NCBI GenBank assembly: GCA_015061545.1
Contig: SUWJ01000011.1
Span: 2,035 to 66,034, forward strand
Length of the DNA stretch: 64,000 bases
DNA from: Lentisphaerota bacterium
Lineage (GTDB): Bacteria; Verrucomicrobiota; Lentisphaeria; Victivallales; Victivallaceae
Reading direction: 5' to 3'
In this document: piece after piece, positions 34,697 through 44,401 of the stretch
Layout of the letters: each line of letters opens with the position of its first letter
How positions within the stretch are numbered: position 1 is the first letter of the stretch
Notes under the pieces: model-generated
What the model was told of the DNA's origin: nothing
Seen by the model: the letters and a program-made list of their open reading frames with translations, nothing else
Databases searched by the model: none
Translations under genes and position numbers: made by a program

Positions 34697-34846
34697 CTGA
34701 TTACGGTCTGCTCCATTGGGAGCAACCGTGCGAGTGTGGTAGCTTGGTTAAGTTTTTTCTTCCGGTGTAAAAGGTGAGGACTGGTGTGTGCGGTATGTTG
34801 CGATCGCTTTTGAGAGGTCGCAACATATCGTGCACGGGTGTATTTT

Positions 34847-36070
34847 ATGCGCTTGCGATTTTTATTCATACTTCTTTTTTCAGGATGTATATTCTGCGGT
34901 ATGCTGCGGGCGGAAACTCCTGAAAATAAAAATCAGGATCCCATGCTTGCCGGGCTGACAGCTGCGGGCTTTCCTGTAAGTTATGCTGAATTGCTTGCCA
35001 AGCTGCAGAAACAATATCCTCAATGGCAGTTTAAGGTGCTGGATATAAGCAAACTCAAGAGCCAATACACCTGGGATCACGTTATTTATATGGAAACGGA
35101 CAAGTCGCCGCGGCGCAGCCTGATTTCGGGCAGCAGCAAGTACGCTTTTTACTTTCACCCCGACGATGAAACCATCTATGACGCTGGCTGCCGCCGCGCT
35201 TCACGGGCAGCGGTGGAGTATTTTATGGATCCGCGCAATTTTCTCAATGAGCGCGATATTTTTCAGTTTCTGGATCTGACCGCCTCGGCGCGGATAGATG
35301 AACGGGCGGTTGCCGCTGCTTTGCGGGGAACTTTTATGGCCAAAGGCAAACTGGAAAATGGTTCAAGCTACGCTGAATATCTGACCGAAGTCGGAAAAAA
35401 ACTCAATGTCAACGCAGTTTTTCTGGCATCGCGGGTGCGGCAGGAACAGGGGCTGCAAGGTACGCCGCTGATTTCGGGAACGTGCGGAAGTTTGCTGAGC
35501 AAATATTATCAGGAAAATACTCAAACCGAAGGCCGCTTTACAGTTCTGGCGCCCAAAGAAGGATTTACGGTCGAAGATCTGGAAAAACTCAACGGACTGT
35601 ACAATTTTTTTAATATTGATGCCGCCGGATACGGCAGATTCAATATCTATCTGCGCGGAATGCGCGAAGCTCAGCGCGGCACTCCCGAAATGGCAGTTGA
35701 CTGGGGCGCCCCGCAATGGGATAAACGCTGGAAAGCGTTGTACGGCGGGGCAGTCAAGATTGCCGCCATTTATATAGGCAATTATCAGAATACGATTTAT
35801 TTGCAGAAGTGGAACGTCGATCCCCGCAGCCGCACCGCCAAAGGTTATTCGCGGAATTTCTGGGGGCAGTATATGCAGAATATCGGTGCAGCACTCAGCG
35901 AAGGGCGCAATATGCAAAGCTCTTTTGCCAAGCTCAATATGCTGGAGCTGCCATTTGTGTTTTTAATTCCAATTTACAAAGATATGCCCGCAAGTGCCGC
36001 CGCAGATCCCGCCGATGGCAAATGCAGTTATTACCGCTCGCACAGTTATAAAAAGAGTGCGGCAAAATAA
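34847..36070 (+). CDS. secreted peptidoglycan hydrolase, GH73 N-acetylglucosaminidase-like
   Basis: Signal peptide MRLRFLFILLFSGCIFCGMLRA. Motifs VNAVFLASRVRQEQGLQGTPLISG, YNFFNIDAAG and IGNYQNTIYLQKWNV resemble the glucosaminidase-domain consensus (compare GQNTLYKMRWNP of Atl). Confidence 0.65.
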   Translation: MRLRFLFILLFSGCIFCGMLRAETPENKNQDPMLAGLTAAGFPVSYAELLAKLQKQYPQWQFKVLDISKLKSQYTWDHVIYMETDKSPRRSLISGSSKYAFYFHPDDETIYDAGCRRASRAAVEYFMDPRNFLNERDIFQFLDLTASARIDERAVAAALRGTFMAKGKLENGSSYAEYLTEVGKKLNVNAVFLASRVRQEQGLQGTPLISGTCGSLLSKYYQENTQTEGRFTVLAPKEGFTVEDLEKLNGLYNFFNIDAAGYGRFNIYLRGMREAQRGTPEMAVDWGAPQWDKRWKALYGGAVKIAAIYIGNYQNTIYLQKWNVDPRSRTAKGYSRNFWGQYMQNIGAALSEGRNMQSSFAKLNMLELPFVFLIPIYKDMPASAAADPADGKCSYYRSHSYKKSAAK

Positions 36071-36211
36071 ATCTTTCCCCGCCGGGTCTAACCGGTGTCA
36101 TCAATAGATGAATATTGAGTCAAAATTCATGTAACTTATTTATGAACAAAATATTATATTTAACCTTTATGGTAAAAAACAACTTTGGCAGAGTTTTTTG
36201 ACGATTTGCTC

Positions 36212-36240
36212 TTGCATTTGCTGATTTTTTCGTGTATAAT
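36212..36240 (+). promoter_or_regulatory. sigma70-like promoter candidate (TTGCAT-17-TATAAT)
   Basis: TTGCAT at 36212-36217 and TATAAT at 36235-36240. It lies ~55 nt upstream of the GGAAGGAG-ATG of the regulator gene. Confidence 0.5.
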
Positions 36241-36294
36241 TACCATAGCGCAAGGATAACAGCACGATATTTCCACGTCGGAAGGAGCCGTTTT

Positions 36295-37341
36295 ATGCCG
36301 TCGGAGAAAAAAATCAGTATGCCGATGAAAATTCGCGATAAGATATTCCGCGATATTCTCAACGGTGTCTGGAACGGCGACGATCTTCTGCCGGGAGCAT
36401 CCGAACTTGCCAGACGCTACAACGCAGGTTTCTGCAGTACCAACGCAGCAATAAAACTGCTGAGCGAAGAGGGCATTATCCTGCGGCGCAACGGCAGACG
36501 GGCGCGAATCGTCAAAGGCGGGCACCGTCGTTGGCAGATCGGGATCGTGGTGGATGATGCCTTCAAGAGTTTTCCGCCCTTTGATTACACTCATGCGGCG
36601 ACAACTTTTTTGAAATTCAATGCGGTTCAGCTGGAGTTGAGTTACGGTGGATATGCGGCGCTGAGTATGCCGCCGGATTTGGATTTTTTAAGCTATCTGC
36701 CCAAGTTGGACGGGGTTATTGTTTTGCGGGATACCGATGGTAAATGGCGTTTTACTGAGTCGGAAGATACGCCCCCGGCGGTATATTGTTTTAATCAGCG
36801 CCCGGAAAATGCTCCTGTTTGGAGCAATTATCTGGATTATGAAGCAGCGTTTTCCGGCGCCGCCACAACTCTGGTGGCACGGGGCGCCAAAGAGATCGTA
36901 TTGGTAAGCAACAGCAATCGGCAACACCGTTTTGAGATGGCGCTTGCGGTGGTGGAAAAATATCCGCAGATAAAGTGTTCGATCCGTCTGTGGGATCCGC
37001 CTTGCGAGCGGGATGAATCGGAAAAACTGGCGGTTGAACTGCTGGATTCAGTTGAGCTGCCATGCGGGTTTATCGTGGTCGGGGATTTGCTGGGCTGGCG
37101 GTTGATTCAGGAGGCGCTTAAACGCAATTTGGTGTTGAAAAAAGATGTTTCGATCATTGGCAGCGCAGGATTGCCTGAAAGTTCGCGGATGAATCCGGCT
37201 CTGAGCGTGATCGAAGTGCCGGTAAAAGCTCAGGCGGCGGCAGCGGTGCGGCAGATGGAAAATATGCTCGGTAATAATGCAATTGCCGATGGGCAGAAGT
37301 TTATTAAAATAGAAGCAAAATTATTGTTGCGCGACACATAA
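36295..37341 (+). CDS. transcriptional regulator: GntR-type winged HTH fused to a LacI/PBP1-type sugar-binding domain
   Basis: KIRDKIFRDILNGVWNGDDLLPGASELARRYNAGFCSTNAAIKLLSEEGIILRRNGRRARI (GntR wHTH), then a periplasmic-binding-protein-like core (IVLVSNS..., GFIVVGDLLGW, VSIIGSAGLPES). The GGAAGGAG Shine-Dalgarno supports ATG 36295. Confidence 0.8.
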   Translation: MPSEKKISMPMKIRDKIFRDILNGVWNGDDLLPGASELARRYNAGFCSTNAAIKLLSEEGIILRRNGRRARIVKGGHRRWQIGIVVDDAFKSFPPFDYTHAATTFLKFNAVQLELSYGGYAALSMPPDLDFLSYLPKLDGVIVLRDTDGKWRFTESEDTPPAVYCFNQRPENAPVWSNYLDYEAAFSGAATTLVARGAKEIVLVSNSNRQHRFEMALAVVEKYPQIKCSIRLWDPPCERDESEKLAVELLDSVELPCGFIVVGDLLGWRLIQEALKRNLVLKKDVSIIGSAGLPESSRMNPALSVIEVPVKAQAAAAVRQMENMLGNNAIADGQKFIKIEAKLLLRDT

Positions 37342-37399
37342 TTTTATTCGATGTAAGGTGTAATTTTAAAACAGAAAGTTAAATGAAAGGTTTTTTAAG

Positions 37400-38074
37400 A
37401 TGAAAAAACAATTTACTTTGATCGAGTTGTTGGTGGTAATCGCCATCATCGCTATTCTTGCTGCTATGCTGCTGCCTGCCTTGTCGGCTGCCCGGGAACG
37501 CGCCCGCAACGCCAACTGCATAAATAAACTCAAGCAAATCGGCTTGGCTTCGATCATGTATTCGGGCGACAACAAAGACTATACCGTGCCCATTTATGTT
37601 CATGTGGTCGATGCTGACGGTGTAGCTTACGGCAACGGCAACAGCAGCACCTACTGCGGCCGTCAGGTGCTGATTTACAACGGTTATTTCAGCGATACCA
37701 AACCGACCAATGCCGCCCAGCTGCTCAGTCAGCGCAAACGTTACTATCAATGTCCTTCCGATTCCTCCAACTTTACCGATTCGCTTGACAGTTACAACGC
37801 GTTGTGGCTGACCCCGGCTTACGCTGCAAGTCAGACTGTCTGGAACAAAGATTCCAGTTACGGACGCGATATGATGAATGGTGTGTGCAACCCGGATAAC
37901 ACACTGAATATTGATATCGGCTGCGATTTTAACAACTTTGAAAAGAGCAATCATCCCTCGCTGGTAAATATGGTCAAGATCGGCGGTCATGTTGTAAGTA
38001 TGCAGAACAAAGAAGTTAAGGCTAAAAACTACAAGTGGGAAGCTGCAGCTTATTATCTGTGGGATGCCCGCTGA
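37400..38074 (+). CDS. pseudopilin-like protein: prepilin-type N-terminal domain plus C-terminal H-X9-GG (H-X9-DG family, DUF1559-like)
   Basis: [50 protein letters not shown], and a C-terminal [15 protein letters not shown]. Confidence 0.88.
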   Translation: MKKQFTLIELLVVIAIIAILAAMLLPALSAARERARNANCINKLKQIGLASIMYSGDNKDYTVPIYVHVVDADGVAYGNGNSSTYCGRQVLIYNGYFSDTKPTNAAQLLSQRKRYYQCPSDSSNFTDSLDSYNALWLTPAYAASQTVWNKDSSYGRDMMNGVCNPDNTLNIDIGCDFNNFEKSNHPSLVNMVKIGGHVVSMQNKEVKAKNYKWEAAAYYLWDAR

Positions 38075-38100
38075 TAATAAAAAATCAAGGATTTTAAGTT

Positions 38101-41100
38101 GTGAAGAAGTTATGCTTGTTTCTGTCCGTTATGGCGCTGCTGCTGACCGTATCTGCCCGTGCTGCGCAGCAGGATGAATTATCGGTGGTGCAGAGTGCGG
38201 ATAAATTCCGGATCATGCGCGGTGGAAAATTATTTCTGGATGATCTGCACGTTATAATCGGTGCTTACCGCTTCGGCATCGCGCACGAATCGGAAAAACA
38301 GCTGCTGCCCGACGGTCGGCAGGCTTGGAATATCTGGAGCAATGACGAAAAATCCCGCTTCCGGCTGGAGATCGTGCTGAGTTGTGATAAAAAAGAGCTG
38401 GAAATAAGTTTTGCTTCGGCAATGCAGGCCTACGGCGAAAATTCCGGGCGGGTAGTGCGTATGCTTATGCCGTGGAGCGTTGCCGACGGCGCCGGGTTTA
38501 CCATGCTGCTGGATAACGGCCGCCGCTGGAACGAATTTACAGGCAAATTCTCTCCTGACAGCCTCAACTGGGTCAAACGCAGCCGCTTTACGGCGCTGGA
38601 GCTGAAAGATTCTTCCTGCATCCTGCTGGATTCCAATCCGCGGGGCGCGGGCGATGAAAACAGTATGTACAGCCGCGGGGTGGTGCGCGGTTTCAACACC
38701 GTAGAACCCCTTGCTGCGGGCATCCGTCTGACGGGCGGGTCAAGTTTTGATCAGACCGGCGGCATGATTGCTTGGAAAATGGTAATAAGGCCGGGGGTGT
38801 TTGCCGATTACAGCAAACATCATGCTTTGAAGAGTTTTACCTATACGCAGGCGTTGCCGGCAGAAAACCATTTCAGCTTCGGTGCGGAAAAAACCGGCAA
38901 GCTCTTCCGGCATATTGATAACGCTGCCTGTACAGCCAATGGAGCGGCGGGGTGGAAAAATCCTGCCGCAGTAAAGATCGAAAAATCTCCGTATAACGGA
39001 GTTTACTATTCGGCAGTAAGCGGAAAAGATCAGACTTTGGTGGTAAAAAATGTCCGCAACGGTCTGCATTTGATCACAGTCAACATCGGCAACTGGAATC
39101 AGCTGGATAACGACTTTGTTATCAGCTGCAACGGCAGTACAGTTTCGCCGCGGATCCGGGCGGGTAAACGCGAAGCGGTAAATGTTATTCTGCCGGTGTG
39201 GGTGAAAAATAACCTTATCGAAGTGGAGTTCAAAGGTAAATTCCTGATTTCTGCTTTGAGCCATCAGCTGCTGACTGCACCGTCGGAAGATTTTACTATG
39301 GAACGCGGATTCTGGGCAGTCGACGGTTACGAACCGGCTGTGATCTACCGCAACAGCGATACCGCCCGACCCATGCGTTACAAAGTTGCCGTTGACCGTT
39401 TCCCCATGGTGGAACCGGGCAGGGAAACTGCGGGGGAATTGCGCGACCCTGCCAATATTTTTTATGAAGCCGGCGACTGGAAGAGAAAAGAACTTGAATG
39501 GCGCGCCAATATGCGCATGAAACATTTAAGCGGCAATTCCGGCTCACTTTTTGAATACGACAACGAAAAACTTTTTCAGCGCTTTGCCGACGAAGCCAGG
39601 CAGCAGAAGATGAACGGTCTGCTGCTCAGCGGGCTGCATTCGCGCCATACATATCCTGCACAGGAAGAGCGTTCGCTGGCGGCGATCAAACGTATGGCAC
39701 AATGGGCGCATCGGAACGATATGCGTTTGATCGATCATCACGATGCCACGCTGTTGTGGAACGACGGCGCAGGCTTCCGGGTGCTGGTGGAACGCCTCGG
39801 CGAAACGGTGCGCAATCTCAACGGCATGATCCCCACGCCCCAGCTGTGCATAATGAATCCCGATTTTCAGGCAGCATATTACGCTTATCTGGAAAAACTT
39901 ATGCAATGCGGCATCGACGGGCTGATGATCGACGAGTTGACCTTCTATCCTTTCGGCTGCGGCTGCAGTCATTGCCGCAACGGTTTTTACCGTGATACCA
40001 ACTGGCAGCTGCCGCTGGATGAAACCGATGAACGTCTGTTCAACCGCAAATCTCCGCTGTGGCGGGTATGGCTGGATTGGCGCAAAGCTAAATGTGCGGA
40101 AATCCGCCGCGAACTCCGCAGCAAACTGGAAAAATCCCGCAAAGATTTTACCATGCTCTGCTATTCCACCCATTACGGATTTACTTCGGAATATGCAGGA
40201 TTGCAGTTCGGCAGCGACATTATGCACCTGGGCAGTTCGGTGGATTTTTTCGGTACTGAAATAATGCCGCGCAATCAACTGGCAAATCAACGGCAGCTGC
40301 CGCCGCTGCGCAAGATGTATAACGCTTTGCGCATAGCATATAATACCCCGATATTCGCCTGGGTGTACAGTTCGCATTGGGACGATTTCTACTTTGGCTG
40401 GGCTGTCTGTAATATGCACAATCAGGAGGCGGCGATCGCCAATTTGGTGCGGCCTGATACCAGCGGCGACTTCAGCAGTTTTGCTCCGCCGCAGAATATG
40501 AGTCGTATTGAAGCTGAACCCATTGCCAAGGTGGCATTGCTCTTTTCTTCCGCCAGCCGCGACTGGAACCAGCTTATGTCGGTACACACCGAAGCGCTGG
40601 GTATGGCGCAAACGCTGGAGGAACTGCATATACCCTACGAATTTATCGGCGAAATGAGCCTCAAAAGCGATGTTTTGAAAAAGTATGATGTTTTGCTGAC
40701 GACTGCCAACGCCTGCTGGTCGGATTCTGAGATCGCTGCGGTCAGGGAGTTTGCCCGTCAGGGCGGCGTGGTGCAGCTGGGCGCTCCCGCAGGGCGTTTT
40801 GATCTGCGTGGCAACTGGCGGGAAAAGGGCGGTTTTGCCGATGTTTTCGGTTGGGATTTGCGTCGCAGCAGCGATAAGATCAGCACGCTGTGGGTGGATA
40901 ATGAGCCTTATGTGGAAAATCATAACGCCTACTTTATCCGCCCGCAGGTCTGGCCGATTCCGGAAGCGATGAATTCAGGCAGCGAAATCGTCCAGATCGG
41001 TCAGCAGAAATGGCCGCTGCTTTACGAAAAGCAATACGGCAAAGGCAAGTTCTATCTGCTGCCCATGAACTTTTTTGCCCAGTTATACGCCGTCGAACTG

Positions 41101-41523
41101 GACGGGCGGATGGTCAACCGTTTTCAGCGTAACGGCAAGCTCGCCGCGCTGGGGCAGAATTTGCTTAAACGTATGATCGGCAGCGCTGCTTACTGGCAGG
41201 TCAACGCGCCCGAAAAGGTGCTGACCACGCTTTATCGTCAGCAAGATAAATACGCGGTGCATTTTCTCAACGGTACCGGCGGCGGCTGGGAATTGAATAA
41301 ACAGATTGCCAATGTGCTGCCGAAAGTGCCGTATCCGCCGCTGACAAAAGATATAACTTTTACGCTGCCGTTGGAGATCCAGCCGCAGAAAGTTTACGCC
41401 GTATCACCTGATTTTGCAGGGGAAAAGAATCTGAAATTCCACTATGACCCCGCAAGTAAAAGTGCAACGGTAACGCTGCCTGCGGCATTGCTTAAAGTTT
41501 ATACGATTGTCTGGATCGAGTAA
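38101..41523 (+). CDS. large secreted glycoside-hydrolase-like protein (1140 aa): N-terminal beta-rich region plus GH42/GHL6-like TIM barrel and trimerisation-like domain
   Basis: GTG start giving the signal peptide (V)KKLCLFLSVMALLLTVSARAAQQ. Contains IDGLMIDELTFYPFGCGCSHCRNGFYRD (CxCxxC) and YDVLLTTANACWSDSEIAAVREFARQGGVVQL. It starts 26 nt after the pseudopilin-like gene. Confidence 0.72.
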   Translation: MKKLCLFLSVMALLLTVSARAAQQDELSVVQSADKFRIMRGGKLFLDDLHVIIGAYRFGIAHESEKQLLPDGRQAWNIWSNDEKSRFRLEIVLSCDKKELEISFASAMQAYGENSGRVVRMLMPWSVADGAGFTMLLDNGRRWNEFTGKFSPDSLNWVKRSRFTALELKDSSCILLDSNPRGAGDENSMYSRGVVRGFNTVEPLAAGIRLTGGSSFDQTGGMIAWKMVIRPGVFADYSKHHALKSFTYTQALPAENHFSFGAEKTGKLFRHIDNAACTANGAAGWKNPAAVKIEKSPYNGVYYSAVSGKDQTLVVKNVRNGLHLITVNIGNWNQLDNDFVISCNGSTVSPRIRAGKREAVNVILPVWVKNNLIEVEFKGKFLISALSHQLLTAPSEDFTMERGFWAVDGYEPAVIYRNSDTARPMRYKVAVDRFPMVEPGRETAGELRDPANIFYEAGDWKRKELEWRANMRMKHLSGNSGSLFEYDNEKLFQRFADEARQQKMNGLLLSGLHSRHTYPAQEERSLAAIKRMAQWAHRNDMRLIDHHDATLLWNDGAGFRVLVERLGETVRNLNGMIPTPQLCIMNPDFQAAYYAYLEKLMQCGIDGLMIDELTFYPFGCGCSHCRNGFYRDTNWQLPLDETDERLFNRKSPLWRVWLDWRKAKCAEIRRELRSKLEKSRKDFTMLCYSTHYGFTSEYAGLQFGSDIMHLGSSVDFFGTEIMPRNQLANQRQLPPLRKMYNALRIAYNTPIFAWVYSSHWDDFYFGWAVCNMHNQEAAIANLVRPDTSGDFSSFAPPQNMSRIEAEPIAKVALLFSSASRDWNQLMSVHTEALGMAQTLEELHIPYEFIGEMSLKSDVLKKYDVLLTTANACWSDSEIAAVREFARQGGVVQLGAPAGRFDLRGNWREKGGFADVFGWDLRRSSDKISTLWVDNEPYVENHNAYFIRPQVWPIPEAMNSGSEIVQIGQQKWPLLYEKQYGKGKFYLLPMNFFAQLYAVELDGRMVNRFQRNGKLAALGQNLLKRMIGSAAYWQVNAPEKVLTTLYRQQDKYAVHFLNGTGGGWELNKQIANVLPKVPYPPLTKDITFTLPLEIQPQKVYAVSPDFAGEKNLKFHYDPASKSATVTLPAALLKVYTIVWIE

Positions 41524-41546
41524 ACTTTAATAACGTATAAAAAACA

Positions 41547-41581
41547 AACCTGCGGCAGAGATGTTTTTTCTGCCGCAGGTT
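41547..41581. terminator. bidirectional terminator between convergent genes
   Basis: AACCTGCGGCAGA (9-nt loop) TCTGCCGCAGGTT, a 13-bp perfect stem. It has an A-run on the left (a T-run for the minus strand) and T-rich sequence on the right. Confidence 0.75.
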
Positions 41582-41609
41582 GAAATGTTTTATCGGAGCA
41601 AATTAAAGT

Positions 41610-42923
41610 TTACTTTTTGAATTCGGTAAGCGCCTTAATGCTCAGGTCGATAACGTTATCGCCCGTATCTTCCGCCCAGATGGTGCCGTCAACGGTTTCG
41701 TATCCGCCTTTGGGGAAATCATCTTTGGTGGGCAGATAACACTCGTAACCTGCCGTACAGCTGACGATTGCCGCATCAGGGTGAACTTCGCGGATCTTGT
41801 TGCCGATAATGGTCAGCACTTCAAAGGGCAGTCCCACCACCGTGCGGTCGCCCAGCTGCAGCAGCTGGATATCCAGTTCGGCATCGGCGCCTTTGAACTC
41901 GTTGTAGGTGGAGTTGAGCATACCTGTCATATAGAAGTCGTGGGTGTAGTGCGAGGTATCTTTGGCTTTTTCCAGCTCGACCGCCCAGGCGGAAGCAAGA
42001 TCTTCGGCGCTTTTTCCTTCCAGACCGGGGGCGTGAACCTTGAGGATCTCGCCGGAGGTTTTAAGCTCAAAGTCGGTCGTATCGCGGAAGGTGCGTTCGG
42101 CAAGGCGGATGCAATCAGCCATCACTTCGCCGATATCTTTGCGCGATTCGTTATTGCGCTGCATGGGAACCACGTCCCCGGCGGTTCCCAGCATGAAAAA
42201 TGCGGGGCAGCCGAGTTTCTGCTGCACATATTTTTTGAAGTACCCGGGGTAATCTGCCGAAATACCGTAGAAGTTGTATCCTCCCGTGACCGGGTGGCAG
42301 CCGTAACGCGCCAGAATCGCTTTGGGGGCGGTTCCGCGCATAAACTTCCAGACGTGCATAGTTGTGTCGATGGAGGAAAATTCGTAATCATCGAAGTTGG
42401 CGGGGTAGATGTAGTTGGTGGTCACACCGCCATCGCTTTTGCGGACTGTACGGCGGTTGAAGGCTATGCCGGAAACAGGTACATCTGCCTGCATGAGTTT
42501 AACTTCTTCCAGATCCGCCAGCGCGTGCTTTACGGCAGCAATGACTTTATCCATCCAGAATTCAAAATACTTCTGATCCGGCGGATAGGTTCCCAGATCC
42601 ATTTCGCCGCCGGTCATAAATACGGTATGTCCGCAGAAGTTGGGGGCAAAGTGCGTGTGCGAGGCGCTGATCATGATATCAGGGTAATCAATGTTGGTTT
42701 CCGCCGCGATAAGTTTGTAGATCTCTTTGCAGCGCCAGATTTCCACGCCCAGACTGTCCACCGAAAGCATCAGCACCTTTTTGCCGTTCTGTTCCAGCGC
42801 GATCACGCCGACTTCAATCGGTTCTTCCACCTCGGCAGTCAAGCGGTTTCTGCTGGCATAGCCGTGCAGGTAGGTCGGAAAGGCAGGAGTCACATCTGCC
42901 TTGGCACATCCCATTTTTAACAT
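41610..42923 (-). CDS. neutral/alkaline ceramidase-like N-terminal-domain family hydrolase, paralog 1
   Basis: MLKMGCAKADVTPAFPTYLHGYASR and ISASHTHFAP (the Zn-His motif region of the ceramidase family). No signal peptide. Roughly half of its residues are identical to the adjacent paralog. Confidence 0.75.
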   Translation of the reverse strand: MLKMGCAKADVTPAFPTYLHGYASRNRLTAEVEEPIEVGVIALEQNGKKVLMLSVDSLGVEIWRCKEIYKLIAAETNIDYPDIMISASHTHFAPNFCGHTVFMTGGEMDLGTYPPDQKYFEFWMDKVIAAVKHALADLEEVKLMQADVPVSGIAFNRRTVRKSDGGVTTNYIYPANFDDYEFSSIDTTMHVWKFMRGTAPKAILARYGCHPVTGGYNFYGISADYPGYFKKYVQQKLGCPAFFMLGTAGDVVPMQRNNESRKDIGEVMADCIRLAERTFRDTTDFELKTSGEILKVHAPGLEGKSAEDLASAWAVELEKAKDTSHYTHDFYMTGMLNSTYNEFKGADAELDIQLLQLGDRTVVGLPFEVLTIIGNKIREVHPDAAIVSCTAGYECYLPTKDDFPKGGYETVDGTIWAEDTGDNVIDLSIKALTEFKK

Positions 42924-42997
42924 TTTTTCATCCTCGTTTTGATTGTTGTTGTAAAAGAGAATTTATCTCCTGATTATTTACTTTGATAACGGAAAAA

Positions 42998-44308
42998 TCA
43001 CTTTTTAAGCTGTCCGATCAGCTCAATGGCAGCATTGATAAATTTCATGCCTGTATCGGGCGCCAGACTGGTACCGCTGGTGGTTTCATAGCCGCCTTTA
43101 GGTGCATCTTCCGGCAGCGAGATATAACCGCTGTTGTCGCCGGAGTAACTTACCACGATCGCTTCGGGAAATACTTCGGCGATCCTGCTGCCGATATCGG
43201 TCAATACATCAAATGGCATACATACAAGCAGTTTGCTGCCAAGCTGTATAACTTGCAGCGGCAGCTCTCCTTCAGAACTCTGCCATTTTTTAAACATATT
43301 GTAAAGCCGCGCTGTTACATAGAATTTGCCGTCATGCTCCAGCTTGCCCTGAACCGAATCCAAGGCGCTTTTGTACATTTCTTCCACCTCTTCAAGACTT
43401 TTTCCGACCAGATCCGGGGCGGCTACTTTGACCGTTGTAACCGCAGATTTAAGCTGAAAGTCAGGCGCTTTCTGAAAAGTCCGCTCCGCTAATTTCACCG
43501 CATTGGCCAGTACTTCGCCGATTTCCTTGCGGCTGGAGCCATTGCGCTGGATTGGAACAACGTCGCCTGCGGTACCGTTCATAAAAAATGCGGGGCAGCC
43601 CATCTTGGCGAGTACCGCCTGACGGAAAGCACCGGGAAAGTCCGCAGAAACAGCATTGTTGTTGATTCCGCCTGTAACCGCGTGGCAGCCATAGCGCGCC
43701 AGAACAGCCTTGACGTGAGTTCCGCGCATAAACTTCCAGATGTTCAAAGTTGTATCAATGGGGGTGAAGTCGTAATTTTCCGGATCTTGGGGATAGGTGT
43801 AGTTGGTAATTACCATGCCGTCAGCTTTACGCACCGTGCGGCGGTTAAAGGCTATACAGCTGACCTGAACATCGCTTTGCAGCAGTTCCACCGCTTCCAG
43901 ATCATTCAACGCCTGTTCAATTGCCGGCATCACCCGCGCCATCCAGAAATTGCGGAAGCGCTCATCCGCCGGATAGTTCCCCCACGGCATACCGCCGCCG
44001 GTGGAAATGGTAAAGCCGCACATTTCAGGGGCAAAATGCGAATGGCTGCAGGCGATCACCACATTTTGCGGAGCAATATCGAAGCGCTGTTCGATCTCGC
44101 TGCGGATGAACTGGCAATCAGCTTCCGCCGTTGCCAGACTGTCAACGGTAAGTATGATTTGACGGGTACTGCCTTGTTCAAGCGCAATTACTCCGACTTC
44201 GATGGGATCTTCCACCTGTTCGGTAAGTTCGGTACGGCTGGCGTAGCCGCGTAAAAAGCACGGAAAACCCGGTGTAATATCTGCCTTGGAGCATCCCATT
44301 TTCAACAT
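42998..44308 (-). CDS. neutral/alkaline ceramidase-like N-terminal-domain family hydrolase, paralog 2
   Basis: MLKMGCSKADITPGFPCFLRGYASR, IACSHSHFAP, IAFNRRTVRK, ARYGCHAVTGG, GCPAFFMNGTAGDVVP and PKGGYET are all shared with paralog 1. Confidence 0.75.
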   Translation of the reverse strand: MLKMGCSKADITPGFPCFLRGYASRTELTEQVEDPIEVGVIALEQGSTRQIILTVDSLATAEADCQFIRSEIEQRFDIAPQNVVIACSHSHFAPEMCGFTISTGGGMPWGNYPADERFRNFWMARVMPAIEQALNDLEAVELLQSDVQVSCIAFNRRTVRKADGMVITNYTYPQDPENYDFTPIDTTLNIWKFMRGTHVKAVLARYGCHAVTGGINNNAVSADFPGAFRQAVLAKMGCPAFFMNGTAGDVVPIQRNGSSRKEIGEVLANAVKLAERTFQKAPDFQLKSAVTTVKVAAPDLVGKSLEEVEEMYKSALDSVQGKLEHDGKFYVTARLYNMFKKWQSSEGELPLQVIQLGSKLLVCMPFDVLTDIGSRIAEVFPEAIVVSYSGDNSGYISLPEDAPKGGYETTSGTSLAPDTGMKFINAAIELIGQLKK

Positions 44309-44330
44309 AATTAGCCTCCTTGTTACTCAA

Positions 44331-44375
44331 CAAAAAAACTGCTTTTGGTTATAATCTAACCGGCAAAGCAGTTTT
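44331..44375 (-). terminator. intrinsic terminator after hslO
   Basis: On the minus strand, AAAACTGCTTT (19-nt loop) AAAGCAGTTTT followed by TTTG. Confidence 0.55.
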
Positions 44376-44401
44376 GTCAAATTCATTTGCAGCTGAATCG
44401 G

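Noticed and set aside
34734-34754. Similarity between TGTGGTAGCTTGGTTAAG (GH73 leader) and TGTGGTAGGTTTGATTAAGG (53081-53100, 3' arm of the structured element), suggesting a shared motif
   Set aside because: Only ~16-17 matching positions, and a gap is needed. A rough estimate gives about one or more such matches by chance among the intergenic regions of this window. The flanking sequence and predicted structures do not correspond.
37400-38074. Interpreting the three prepilin-like genes as parts of a type IV pilus or T2SS operon
   Set aside because: No secretin, assembly ATPase, platform protein, prepilin peptidase or minor-pilin set is present near any of them. Each is embedded among glycosidase-like genes, and the C-terminal H-X9-(D/G)G motif places them in the expanded PVC pseudopilin-like family instead.
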